This document shows, piece by piece, positions 39,151 through 51,558 of a stretch of DNA of 64,000 bases; within the stretch, counting starts at the first letter, position 1, and the number at the start of each line of letters is the position of its first letter. The notes below the pieces were generated by a model. It ran no database searches, was not told the origin of the DNA, and was given only the letters and a program-made list of their open reading frames with translations. The position numbers and the translations under genes are program-made. Source of the DNA: Camelus dromedarius (taxonomy: Eukaryota); NCBI RefSeq assembly GCF_036321535.1, contig NC_087437.1, positions 37,884,001-37,948,000 on the forward strand, written 5' to 3'.

Positions 39151-40489
39151 ACAAAAATATTTTTGCTTTGTTAAAATATTTTATCTGTGGTGTTTCTTCT
39201 TTAACAATATCTAATAAGGTAATATTCAACTAGGAGATTAAGCCATACATTAAATAATCTTAACTTCCTTATAGAAAGGGACATGCAGTGTAGAAGGCGC
39301 ATGTATTCAAGGAGCATGTAATATAATGCTGAATGGGGTGAAGGTATAGACAACTGATTATGAAAGGGGGGAATATACATTTTGCAAAATAGACCCAAAA
39401 ATACAGAGTTTTCTACTTTACAAAGTCCATCCTTATATCCTTGTCTCCTAGTGTAAAATGGACCTTGTGCTGCCGTTACATTATATTACCTGCAGTCTTC
39501 TATTGTACTTAATTAATAAATTTCCATCTCCCTTCACTAAATGTGTCCTACTTGGGGGCAAAAACCAAAGTAGCTTCACTTCAAATTAATTCACTATATA
39601 ATGAAGGAATAATAATTAATACTATATCAGAGTTCTAGAAATCAAATTTGATGTTACAGCTATTGATTAAGCAATTAATTTCTGCCTGGTATCCTTGAAG
39701 AATTTAATTGATTTTCCCCATCCTCCCCCCTCACCTCTTCTACGTGATCATGACTATGTGGTGACCATGACCAGCACGGGCTACAAAGCATAATAGAAAG
39801 TATTTCCACCAAGTATATACATCACTATAATCACAGTGTCCTTTCTAATAACCCTAATATTTACTCCATGGGACAGGATTCTCTTTCCCAAATGCTGAAG
39901 GAGTAGAAAGGGGCACTAACTAGTGTCAGATCAGAGAAAGAACTGAGGAAGCTAAAACACTGAGCTTTATATCTTTTTTTTTCCCCCTCAGCATTCAGGC
40001 TTTTGTGGAACATTACTATTTGTTTCAGAAAATTCTTGACTCTGTCAGTCGCTGTAAATAGGATATATATAAAGTTCTAAAGCAATCTGTTCTACTTTTC
40101 CTTTTAGTTCACCTTATCATTTGCTTTCCTAAATTCAACTATTTGGGGAAAGGCCTATGACAGACATTGGAAATTTTCAGAGAGGAATGAACTGAAATGC
40201 AGGTCATATGGACACATTTTTTTTTTAAACCAAGAATTCATAATAACATTTCTGATGAAGCAGATTGAGAAAGGAGCTCTTTCTCAGCTCAAATAAATGA
40301 TTTCTTCCATGTTTGTTTTACGTATGGATGAAATTCTATCTATTCATTGTCTTTGCTAGGAAAGAGGTACTACAGATTTATTCTTGAGGACCACACACTC
40401 TAAGAGGTTCGTTTCCTCTTATGGAAAAAGAATGAAGATTTTAGGAATCTTTTTAGGAATTTTAGGAATTCCTACACGAAAATTAAGTC

Positions 40490-40680
40490 AACATCACTGT
40501 GTACCTATTTGGGCTAGATAATTAACCTTCCTAAAGCTCAATTGCTCAATCCAAAAAAAAAAGTAGGAATATTATTATGTAATACTTCCTGGAACTGTAA
40601 GGAAAATTAAATTAGGTGATATTTATAAAACAGTAGGCAGGGAACAGACACACAGTAGCTGCTCAATTAATGCTAGTTCT
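40490..40680 (+). mobile_element. MIR SINE (degenerate)
   Basis: Core ..TTAACCTTCCTAAAGCTCAAT.. and tail ACACACAGTAG..CTCAATTAATGCTAG. Confidence 0.7.
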
Positions 40681-41201
40681 CCTGTCTGATAAATGAAACT
40701 GGAGAATGTGTCGTTAATTCATATACTGTTTCACTTATAAATGACAAATCCAACTTGTCACTTTGGTATCTACTGAATACATATCCAATATATGTACAAT
40801 ATACAATATACTATATATATAATAGTAGTATATGATAGTGGCACAAAATTATCTGTGGAATTGTTTATTATGTAATCCCATGTCTTCAGAATGTTATCCA
40901 AAAAGGTTCAGTAGTTATTTATTATTTTGGGGGGTTATAAAAAGAATGAAACAAACAAAATATACAAATACCATATTGTTCATATGTAAAAAGATTTTCA
41001 TACATTTTCTGAGACTTTCCTTGAGGTGTTTTTTTGGAGTGATAATTTAACAAGAATGACTATAAAAGAAACTTTTATTTTAAACCAATGTTAAGTTAAA
41101 ACTAACCCATGTTTATATCCAGCTCAATACATGCCCCGTCTTTTTTCTACGTATTATTTAACCAAAAAGATAAAATTACATTTTCTACACCCGTGAAATA
41201 G

Positions 41202-42600
41202 CATCAGTGTTCTCAAGCCACATATCTCATGCCCATCTTGTTTGAGCACTCTGTCCCAGCAAGTCAAAGGGGGTTTTTCTGGATCAAGTTGTTTTCGTCT
41301 CTAGTCTCCATGTGATGCACAGAGTATCTCGTTACTCTACAATCACTTTCTTGAGGAAAGGTAACGGGGTTTGGGAATGTACTAATATGTCACTTACATA
41401 CAGCACTATGAAATCAATATCCCAATGGGTGAAGTTAAAGAATTTCTCCTTTGTAAATACAATTCTCCTCTTTAAAGTATTTTAATCCAAAAATTATAGA
41501 GCAATTATTTTGTAAATCATTCAATCACAGTACTCCCATCCACCACCCCCCAAAATGGGCTAAACACCTACATTCGACAGTCTCATAGCAGTCTTTGAAT
41601 TAGACATGAACTAACTTTTAAGCATTGTCTAGTTATTATGGATGTAACACAGAAAGAACCCTTAGCACTTATCAGCTTGATTTCTATATCCACAACATTT
41701 AGCTAAGGTTTTTATCAGTAGAAAGAAAATAATACTATGCAAGTTTGAGTCTTCTTCTTCCTTTTGTATATCAAAATGAATACTTACAATCTTCTGTTTT
41801 CTCCTATACTCATTTCCTCATGTTGTCCCATATCTCTTAGAATTTATCTATTTTTTAATGACTACTCAGTGTACTTTTGACATAATTGAGCAACAATCTG
41901 ATCGGAAGCATTCGATGTGCTGGTTAATGATATAATCACATGGGATTGTTTTAAATTAAGTGAAAACAAAGTCTGGAAAAATCAGATTTTAGTCCTCTGC
42001 GTTCTTCTCCATCTCTTTTTTTGTACTTCTGTTTATAAATAGAGCCGCTCAATGGCCGTTATTACAAACATTGAAAAATATTAAACTTTGCTGAAGTAGT
42101 CAGTTTTTTCCCTTATTTTCCCTTTTTTAAAAACATGAATTTCGATGTTCTGGGAAGACCAAAAAGGTGACAAACAATATGTTCTATTATCTTTCTTTTT
42201 TTTTTAATCTTAAATAAAAATGACCCATAATGACTCACAATTATCAATCCCGGATGGTAGGTTAATTTTGTTATTTGTGTACCTTTCCATGTTTCCACGT
42301 AAACTTGAAAAAGTAGTATGAACAGATCTTGCCTTGTCAGTTAAATTTTAGGACAGTTGATGCTGTTGCTCTTCAGTCGGCGTGTGGCTGGTGTATTTGC
42401 AAGACCAACACGCATGATGCATTTGTTTCTTTTGATGTCCCAGAGATAGTTTTCTTATAATAACATTTTGGGAAAATAACTGTTAGTATGATTATAGGGA
42501 GCAGCCTAAGAGATTGTACCTGACTTGCTGTGGCACAAATAATGATTCACCCTGCAGGGTTATTATGAGGCGTTGGAATCTTCACACTCCTTTAATTTAA
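41202..42600 (+). pseudogene. FSIP2-like relic, further giant-exon remnants
   Basis: 41276-41326 FLDQVVFVSSLHVMHRV vs FSIP2 FLEDVISGVLRKIFHRV (same spacing); 42350 onward RTVDAV...HDAFVSFDVPEIV vs RIVNSI...EQAFFSFNTDIV. Confidence 0.5.
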
Positions 42601-43849
42601 AAAATCATATTTTAAGGAATCTCTAAAATAGCCCACTCATATAATTGTATGCGATAAAGTAGATATATTTTAAAGAGCTTAACTTGATTTCAGTGACCCA
42701 GGATATAACACGAGGCTGCTATAATTTGGCTCTGTAAACTTACCCAAGTCATCTAAAAGCTTAACTTGGCCTTAGTTTTTTGCTGCATTTTGTTCTGTTT
42801 TGTTTTCCAGATACAGAATAGCTGGGGGTGTACTTGTTTTTTAGGTCACTTTCAAAATGATCATTCTGTGTCTGTATAATTTATACTTTAAAAAACTATG
42901 ACTAAATAAGCCCGTTTAAATCTGTTAATGACTATGGCAGGATCTAGGCAGTCTTCTTTAGCTTGAGGTTGCCTAAATATTTTAACTTAATGATTTTCAC
43001 ATTTCACGGTATTTTATCATCTACTCAGATTAAGATGCTTTCTCTTTCTAGGCTGACAGGTTTTTTTTACTTTTTTTTTTTTTTATCACAAAGATACAGA
43101 TTTCCGGAGTTGAAGAAAATGGGCAGAGTTTTACATTTCTTTTAAATCCCCATGCATTAAATTCTCAAAAGATATCCTGAGGGCCTATGAATTAAATTCA
43201 AAGTTATACTTTTAAGTCCCTATGAATTAAAAGCTGAAACAACTCAAAGATATCAAGACATTCTCCAACCAGACTTGACATTGTTTGCAGCCATTGAAGA
43301 CAAATGACAGGGGTTTGCTTTTAGGGCATTGGTGAATATCCATGGGAAATTTCAGGGCTGTAGCTCTTGCAGAGAAAAAGTGTGTTCTAATCATTTTTTC
43401 CTCCTAACGCTTCCTCAGTTTCTAACATGTGTTATAAAATTTATAATGTCCACTCATAATGGAATTATATTAGCTCCCTGACCATGGCAAAGACTAATTA
43501 AGGCTAGTCTAAAAAATTCTCTAAATACAGTAGGAGGTCATGTAATCAAATTAAAATCAGAATAATTACTCATTCATTCTCAATGCAAGCATTTAAGGTA
43601 TTTTATATTGTTTAAATTAAGATTTACACATCATGGATTTGATCTACCTTGATTAAAAATACCTGTTTTAATGTTAATTTTTTTTATTCCCATTGCAAAG
43701 AAAAATCAGAAGATGGCTGACATCAATAGAATTTCTGGCTTCTTTTCTAGATAGTCTAGAAGATGTCCTATCACATGTTATCACAAATACATACCAAAAA
43801 TATATTGATCCTTCCAAAGTTTAATTTACTCATGCGATGGCAAATATTT

Positions 43850-45737
43850 TTATATCACAGAACATCGAGGCTAAGACGCAAAAGAAATTGCTGAAAGTAT
43901 GAAAAATATGAAAAGGCTTTAAAAACCATTGGAGGCAATGAATAGTGAAAGAGACACTAGAGAAAAGCAAACAAATAAAAGGAAGGAAATTTTGAGAAAT
44001 TCAAAGAAATAAAAATGACAAGAAGATATATAATTGCTATAGATGATAAAATATAGGAGTCCAGATTCAAGTGATAATTCCCAAGGGAGGCAAGCTGTAA
44101 TACAAATGAATGTGTATGACACATTAATGAAACAAAAATAATAATCAAAGCATTATTATTTGCTAATCAAAGTAAAATTAAAATCAAATCAAGTCACAAT
44201 TAAATCAAAGTGAAAAATTTTTTTTGAAATCCCTGATGTCGGAAAAAAATAAATCTTATCCAAAGAACAAAATGTCAGACACAACTGATAAAAATAAACT
44301 TTAAACATTGGATTTAAAAGATTTTTTTAAATTAAGAAATGCCCTTTAAGTTTCTGACAAAACAAATGAAGCTTAATTACAGAGACAAAAATCATATAGG
44401 TGTCTAAATTAAAAAAAAAAAATAAATAAAACTTAAATACCAGAAAACTAATGGAGCAATAGCTATAGAAATTTTGGTAATAAATATGAGATTTCTAGAA
44501 GTTTATATTACATTGTTTCATGTTGAAGAGAGAAAGATACTGAAAATATAATCATATATTTAAAGTTCAAAAATGTAAGCATGCATATGACTTCCTAAAG
44601 TAATATTACTTAAAGATGTAATTTAAATTATTAAAAACTGGGGAATTCAAGGGTCAAATGCCTGGATATAAATACTGGGGTAGATTGCCTCTTCCTAAAT
44701 GATCAAGTCAGTATCTTACATTCTATTCTTTCAGTATGTTTGCCATTTCTCCATTAAGAGGTGGAATCTATGTCCCTTTCGCTTGAAATAGAACAGATCT
44801 TTGTAACTATCACAACTGTTCTGGGTTGAATTGTGCTCCTTTCCCCTGCTCTCCAATAAAAGATATGTTAAAATCCTAACCCCTAATACCACAGAAGGTG
44901 AACTTATTTAAAAATAGAGTTGTTGCAAATGTAATTGGTTAAGTTAAGGTCATGCTGGAGTCATGCTGGAGTAGGATGGGCCCCTAATCTCATCTGACTG
45001 GTGTCCTTACAAGAAGGTGGTCATGTGGAGGCAGAGACACATAAGGAAAACAGCATGTGAAGATAAAGGATTAAGAGATGCATCTACAAGACCAGGGACA
45101 CTAAAGAGTGTGAGGAAACCACCAGACCAGGTAGAAGCAAGGAAGAATTTTGTTTTCATAGGGAGCATGGCCTGCTGACATGTTGATTTTGGACTTCTAG
45201 CCTCTAGAACTGTGAGACAACAAACTTCTGTTGTTTTAAGCCCTCAGTTTATGGTGTTTTGTTATAGAAACTAATATAGTCAAAAATTTTGGCAGAAGTG
45301 ACATTATATGCATACTGAGGTAGAACAGAAAGACAATAGATTTTTCTACCCGGATCTCTCTCCTGGGAAAAATGCCTTAAAAACTCTGAGCTGACATGAG
45401 AAAAGTCTGGGTACCTTGAATCTAGCATGCTAAGGAGATCATGTTGAAAAACCATATTGACATAAAGAGCAAAGTGCCTCAATACAAGATCAATATTTTT
45501 AAAACAGTTATATTTCTATACAGCAATGAGACACAAATAAAAAATAAATTTAAAATAAAATGACATTTACAACAGCATAAACAAAAACTTAGGAAATGTT
45601 CTAACAAAAGACATAATAGATTCCTAACTGAAAAATGCAATACTCTTTCAAGAAAAATCACAGACTGAAGTTAAATAGAGGCATATACCATGATCAAGTA
45701 CTGGAAAGATCAATATTATAAAGATATGACTTATTTC
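43850..45737 (+). mobile_element. Old L1 fragments with nested MLT1 LTRs
   Basis: L1 ORF1-like A-rich tract (43.9-44.6 kb) and ORF2 piece (45480-45737: AATACAAGATCAATAT, CATATACCATG..GGAAAGATCAATATT). An older MLT1 at about 44680-45475 is split by a younger MLT1. Confidence 0.7.
44817..45278 (+). mobile_element. MLT1B/C-like solo LTR
   Basis: TGTTCTGGGTTGAATTGTG..., GACTGGTGTCCTTA, GGACTTCTAGCCTCTAGAACTGTGAGACAA, ends AAACTAATATA. Confidence 0.9.
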
Positions 45738-46093
45738 TGTAGAGGAAAATAAACCAAAAAACTGTAAGCCTTCTTATAATATGCTGTCATATGAGTGTTG
45801 TTCTGAAGGAGAGTTTTGAACTGGAGAAGATGGATGAAGTTTCGTAGGGCTTAACCAAGAGAGAATAGCTAAAGTTTACCTAATTTGAAGAGAAATTCAT
45901 CAAAATCACTTCTTGGAAGAAGGAAAACCTGCTGTTGTGGTTTAACAGCAATTGTTTGAACAATATTTCTTCAGCAGTGTGGAAGTTAAAGTCATAAGAG
46001 GACTACTGTGAAGGATGGGGATGAATTAAAGGAGGTGCTAGTGTCCTACGAGGCTCAAAGTGAAAAAATTGTAGATCTCCAGGGTTCCTCACA
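45738..46093 (-). mobile_element. 3' LTR of the ERV1 provirus
   Basis: On the - strand it starts TGTGAGGAACC directly after the purine tract AACAGGAGGCAGGAC and ends TTTATTTTCCTCTACA. Confidence 0.75.
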
Positions 46094-49010
46094 GTCCTGC
46101 CTCCTGTTCAAGAGGGGGACTGAATCTCATAATTTAACCACGTACAGATTTGTTCAGAATTCTAGATCAATACCACTCTTTGATTGTAGTCCCAGATTCA
46201 TTAGTGATGGCTGCCATTAGGGCTTCTTATGATTTTTGTCTTTGTAGTTGAATTTAAATTATCTGGCTAGTGAGTTGCTCTGCAGAAGCATTTAAGACTC
46301 TAGAGAGAACAGGGCAAACTATTCTGCAGAAAGCAAATATTAACATTAGAATTATCAGAACACCTTGAACAATGATGTTTTAGTCAAGAATCTTGACTAA
46401 GCCAAGAGAACAGACCCCATTCCTACTCTGGGTCTATAAAGAAGAGATATTTGATATCAGTAAGTTGACTCAACACTTTTTTTTCCCTTTGATTTGTTCA
46501 TTACCCTTCCTAACCCTCCTGTTTATGTTAAAAATTATATAGTATGTCTCTTGGCAGATAGATAGATTCTACTTTCCCTAAGTCAGCATGTGTACTGCCC
46601 TGTGCATATTTATATGCTGAATATATTTAAAGCCTTTCTACATTGCACTACAGCTTGTTGAATATATACCAATTCTTGGAATTATTATTTAGGTTTCACT
46701 GGTTACTAATGGTTGTTTTAATTATGGCATAATAAATTCTATGTTTGAGCTTTCTGCATGGTTGTCCAACTAGGCGAAAAGACTGCAATTCAGGATTCAC
46801 TGGTAGATATAGTTTGTTATGTCTTTTTTCAGGCTAAGAAAAATTAGAAGTTTTTCTTCTAATTCCAGTGAATATTCTCCTAAAAATTTATAATCATGTA
46901 CTATTACATGGGACTAGGTTATTAAGAGCTCAGTACTTAAAAGAGAAAGAAGAGTGAAGTTTTTGTATAGTTAAAAGGAATATTAAACCAGAAAACTGGT
47001 GGGAATGGAAATAGATACCAATACCTGTTCAATTAGGAATTCTCTGACAACCTTGTGTCCCAGAGATCCAGGAATATTCAATGTGATCCAGGGTTCTTAC
47101 TTAGGTACTGAAAAGTATTATTCAGATAGTTTTATTCACATTCTTCAATGATCTCCAGGAATTAAAGTTTCCAAATAAATAGTAGTTTTTAAATTCATTA
47201 CATAGATTTGAGGAGGTTGTAAGCATGAAAATCATAACACTCTTGTCACAGGAACATGTAGTTCCTTATAAAACACAGAACTTTGGTGGGACTGAGGTTG
47301 TAGGCATGTGTCAAAATTGTTTATCTCCTATACTTGAAATAATGATAACGTTAGGGAGAGGCAGCAATATTACTAACTGTAGGGTAACTAGGAATGCAGG
47401 TTTTGGGGTTATAGAAAGCAGTGAATGTTCCAGTTTGGTATTAGAGGTTAAGAGAAGGAAATTCTTTTTGGATCTCTTTGCAGAGGTTGCTTCCCAGGTA
47501 CCTTACATTATTAGATATAAACATGTGACACATTTGTGGGAAATGACAGTCTAGGGTATTTCACTTTTAATTTTTCTTGTTATCAATCATCCTAAAATCT
47601 TGTTATCAGCATATAGTGAAAGAAAAGTGACATTATTGTCTGGTACATAGATTCAGTTTCCCAGGGAAAATGGTAAAAATCCAGCAATTTGATTAATTAA
47701 GCATTTAGCTGGAAAATGAGTTCATTGGTACCAAGTGCAATTTAAACGTCAAGGTTTAATCTCTGGTGCTCAGAGTAACAAGACTAGGGAGGAAACTTTT
47801 CCAAGCTCATATTAGCAATCAAGAATCCTAAACCAACAGAAAGGGAGAGAAAATAAGTCCATTAACATTTGGAAGAGAAAGAGAAAAAGTTGTAGTAGTT
47901 TTTGGCTCCTTGCATTCAAGTGTCTCAATTGGAAGATTTAGGTGGAGGCTAGGCCTAGTCTGCTTTTGACCCAAGTTTCCTAAGAAACTTTTGGGGAAGT
48001 TTTGCAAAAAAGTTCAAGAGGTAGATAATTGATTTTTTTTTAATTGGGATACACAAATCCAAGGGTCAGTTCCCTGAAATTGCATGTAAGTGTTTACGAT
48101 CAATAGTACCTGATAATGTTCCTTGCGATGAGATGCAAGAGTAATCTTAAACTGGCATCATTTCTAGTAAGTAAACTGGACTGAAGATCAGGCAGAGGTT
48201 CCTGCAGTTTATTTGTGAAAGAAGACAAACCTTGGATCTGTTGATAATAAGCTTGCATTAAACCTTTACAAAATTTGTCCACATCAGCCTACTGTAAAAG
48301 AGGAGGGTCAGTATAAGGGTGAGATCACAAGATGCATGAGCCTCCATGAGGATAGTGTATGTATTCCTGTTGGATGGGGAAATGGCCATGAAAGCTAAGG
48401 GCAAACCTTTGGCCACAGCTACTGAAGTTCTTCAGGTAGTTTTGAAAGTCTAGTGTAAAATTTATTCTGTTTTCTCTGAGAAATGTGAAAATGAAGCTTC
48501 TAAGCAATAGGCAGAGCCTTATGAAGTATCTTAATTACTGTTCCAATGAAATCTGCACCCCTAATACAGGACAAAGGGGTGAGTTTTCCCAAGAGGGAAA
48601 TGCAAAGCCTGAAAGTTGCTTTGTTACTACCAGAGAAGCTGCTTTATGGCAAGAAAAGTCTCTAGCTCACCAGAAAGCAAGCAGAAAATAAGTAAGAATA
48701 TGTCTATAGACATATAAGGCTTAATTAAGTTCATTTATAGATATTCAAAGAGCCTAAAGAGATTGGCTTACGTTCACGACTAGCCTTTATAGTTTTCTCA
48801 GGATTGTGGCATTCACAGATAGGGTGTGCACTAGAAACATCCTCTGAAGTTTTCTAAATAAGACCTATTTAAGAAGAATTTTTCTTTCTTTTACATGATG
48901 TGTTAAATTTTTTGAGAAACTTCCTCTCAATATTTCATAAGAGTCTGTATGTGGTATCTTAGTGTGTCCAGAGACCATCTGGGTGGAATAAACAATTTAA
49001 TTCATTCCAA

Positions 49011-49068
49011 TGTGTGTGTGTGTGTGTGTGTGTTGTTGTTGTTGTTCTTGTTGTTGTTGTTGTTGTAG
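49011..49068. repeat. (TG)n-(TTG)n compound microsatellite inside ERV pol
   Basis: Direct reading of the sequence. Confidence 0.95.
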
Positions 49069-49810
49069 TTGTTCTGTTCTGTCTGCTTTTCAGAATGAGT
49101 GCTTCGTACTTGAATTGTCCCAAAACCTGAGTAGACTTCTCTACAGGATCAGTTAACTATATAACTGCGGCCACTCTGCATAAAGAAGAGTGAGTTTTTG
49201 CTATAATATTAAGTGAAAAGTTATAATAAAGAATGGTTTCTGATTTCTTCTGTCCTATTTAGTTAGGATCCTCATTGCTTGTCCTGAATTTTAATATACA
49301 CTTAGACATAAAGTTTTATGTTTATTGGGTAGTACAAGGTAAGGGGTTTTAAAGGAAATAATGTTACTAAAGTCAATCTCTAGTGTTTCTGTCCAAGCAA
49401 AGGCTCACATTTGTCAGCTTCTCTCAGATTGTATAAAGGGGTATTAAGTTTTAGATATTTAGGAATCTAATATACAGTATCCTCCAAGAGCTCCTCCAAG
49501 TTTACAAACAGATAAATAGCTTCTAATTTTTGAGGAAATCGTTACAATTCTGTATATTGTCACGGCCTAGAAAATGCACTTCCAAATGAAAAAAAAAACA
49601 GAGTTTGTCTTTAAAAGCTTCCTAAGCAAACGAAATCAATTCTGTAAGATTTTCTGTCTGGAGAACACAGCAGGAGAACCTCCATATGTAAGAGTAGAGT
49701 CCTGGCTCAGTATTTGCAAAAAATTGGAGGACACTTCTGCATCAGTGGAACATAACAGTCATGTGTATTGTTTATTTCCTTAAGTAAATGCAAAAAAGAT
49801 ACTATAAATT

Positions 49811-50168
49811 CAGAGAAAGGCAAATATCATATGGTATCTAAAAAAATTGATACAAATGAACTTATTTACAAAACAGAAGTAGACTCACAGACATAGGAAA
49901 CAAATTTACGGTTACCAAAGAGGAAAGGAGGGGAGGAGGAATAAATTAACACTTTGGGATTAACAGATATACACTACTATATATAAAATAGATAAACAGT
50001 AAGGGCTTACTGTATAGCACAGGGAACTATAGTCAATATCTTATAATAATCAATATTGGAAAATAATCTGCAAAAGAATGTATATATACATATGTATATA
50101 TTTGAATCACCTTGCTGTACACCTGAAACTAACACAACATTGCAAATCAACTGTACTTCAGTTTTTTA
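49811..50168 (+). mobile_element. 5'-truncated L1 3' end inserted in ERV RT
   Basis: L1 3'UTR (ACAAATGAACTTATTTACAAAACAGAA, CTGTATAGCACAGGGAACTAT, GCTGTACACCTGAAACTAACACAACATTG); TSD AAAAAAGATACTAT(A/G)A(A/G)TT at 49792-49810 and 50169-50187. Confidence 0.92.
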
Positions 50169-50925
50169 AAAAAAGATACTATGAGTTTGGTTGGAAAGAT
50201 ATACTTTTAAAAAATGCTGAACATAGATCTGCCACTGCAAAGTTAGCTGTCTCAGGGATTGACACTAGGGTGGTAATATGGGTGTGGCCTACAGGGAAGT
50301 AACAAGGTAGCCACATCCATTTGCCCTTTTGATGAGCAGAAGAGGTATGGCAAGGGCTAATCTAGGAGATTCTGAATCTTTTTTGGAGGTGTGTGGTGTG
50401 ATGAGCCACAGGCCTTCAGTAGCCTCTTCTATTGATATGCATCGGGCCAGTTTCAGTAAGCACATGGATAAAGTGACAGAGAACTTTATGGGTTCAGCCT
50501 CCTTAATATGTTCTAGATATGAACTGTCTATAGCCAAGAGGCTACTGGAAATAGATCCAAGTTCTAAGATGTTGACAGTAGAGTCATCAGAGTGAGGAAT
50601 AAAAGTATGCTATCATAAAACCAAGAGTTAATTTCCTTGTGGGATTTCCAAAGAAGGTCATCTGGTTCATTTTTCACAACAGCATTTCCAAATAAAGCTT
50701 CCAGATAGGGCCACAGATACACTGGAGTGTAAGGACTAGGCAGAAAACTATACTGACCAGTTCCAGGGAGACAGGAAGTTAGTGAGAGAAAAGCAGAGTC
50801 CTTGAGGGTATTTGAGATTCCTACCAATGAAGCTTCTTTGTTACTCTGAAAAAGAAATGATGGAAAGATGGTATGGTTTACAATATGGAGTCCTGGGAAT
50901 AAATGACAAATAGAATGCTTCATTT

Positions 50926-51440
50926 CTATATCTTCTTTGGAAAAATGCCTATTTGATTCATTTGCTTATTTTTAAATCAGGTTATTTGTGCTTTTGTTGT
51001 TGAGTTGTAGAAGTTCTTTATATATTCTGAATATTAACTCATCAGATATATAATTTGCAAATATTTTCTCCTACTGCTCAGTTTATCTTTTTATTCTATT
51101 GATTGCTTTCTTTGCTGGGCAGAAGCTTTTTAGTTTGAAGTAGTCATGCTGAATGGGTATTTGGGTATGTTCTTTCGTGAAGTGCACATTCTAGACTTTT
51201 GCAGATTTTTTTATTCTGTTGGTATAGCCATCTTTATTTTCCTTTAGGGTTTTATATATGCTGAATACAAATCCATTGTTGGATATATGTATTGCAGATA
51301 TCTTATCCTGATGTGTAGCTTGCTTTTTCACTTTTTAAATAGTGATTTTTGATGACCAGATATGTTTAATCTTAGTGAAATTCAACTTTTGATATTTTTT
51401 TTTCCTTTATGATTCGTAAGGTGTTTTTGTCCCACTTAAT
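50926..51440 (-). mobile_element. L1 ORF2 fragments, antisense
   Basis: TTGTTGAGTTGTAGAAGTTCTTTATATATTCTG, TTTGCAAATATTTTCTCC, GCAGAAGCTTTTTAGTTTG. Confidence 0.85.
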
Positions 51441-51444
51441 ATAT

Positions 51445-51558
51445 ATTAGTGGGTAGATGTCCGAGATGTTACTAAATATCCATCATGCAAAGGACAGTTT
51501 ACTATAACAAATAATTATCGGGCCCAAAATGCATACAGTGCAGGGTTGAGAAACTCTG
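51445..51558. mobile_element. MER20 fragment (hAT-Charlie)
   Basis: AGTGGGTAGA..GATGTTACTAAATATCC..AGGACAG..AATTATCGGGCCCAAAATG..GGTTGAGAAACTCTG. Confidence 0.8.

Larger units (their letters stand above)
45738..50925 (-). mobile_element. Degenerate class I (ERV1) provirus: pro-pol-env-3'LTR; gag and 5'LTR not seen
   Basis: - strand peptides: protease QSNKEASLVGISN..YSFLPSPYTPVYL; RT FAVADLCSAFF..S*YLF/FAFT*GNKQYT and HMEVLLLCSP (decayed YVDD); IN RLSKLPEELQ*LWPKV/LPLAFMAI and HYQVLL..QGTDPWICVSQLKK; env VQCRKALNIF/AQGSTHADLG, GLFSWL, IVQGVLIILMLIFAF. Confidence 0.9.

Noticed and set aside
41788..42505. - strand exon candidates (donors ATT|GTAAGT and AAG|GTACAC), considered TMCO5-like
   Set aside because: Stops in the frames examined, and the + strand FSIP2-like reading explains the region better.
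46380..46400. Perfect 10-bp inverted repeat TTAGTCAAGA-A-TCTTGACTAA
   Set aside because: Isolated short hairpin inside dead env; no functional context.
47225..47554. 109-aa + strand ORF (also 50329-50595)
   Set aside because: Antisense shadow of the ERV env/pol sequence.
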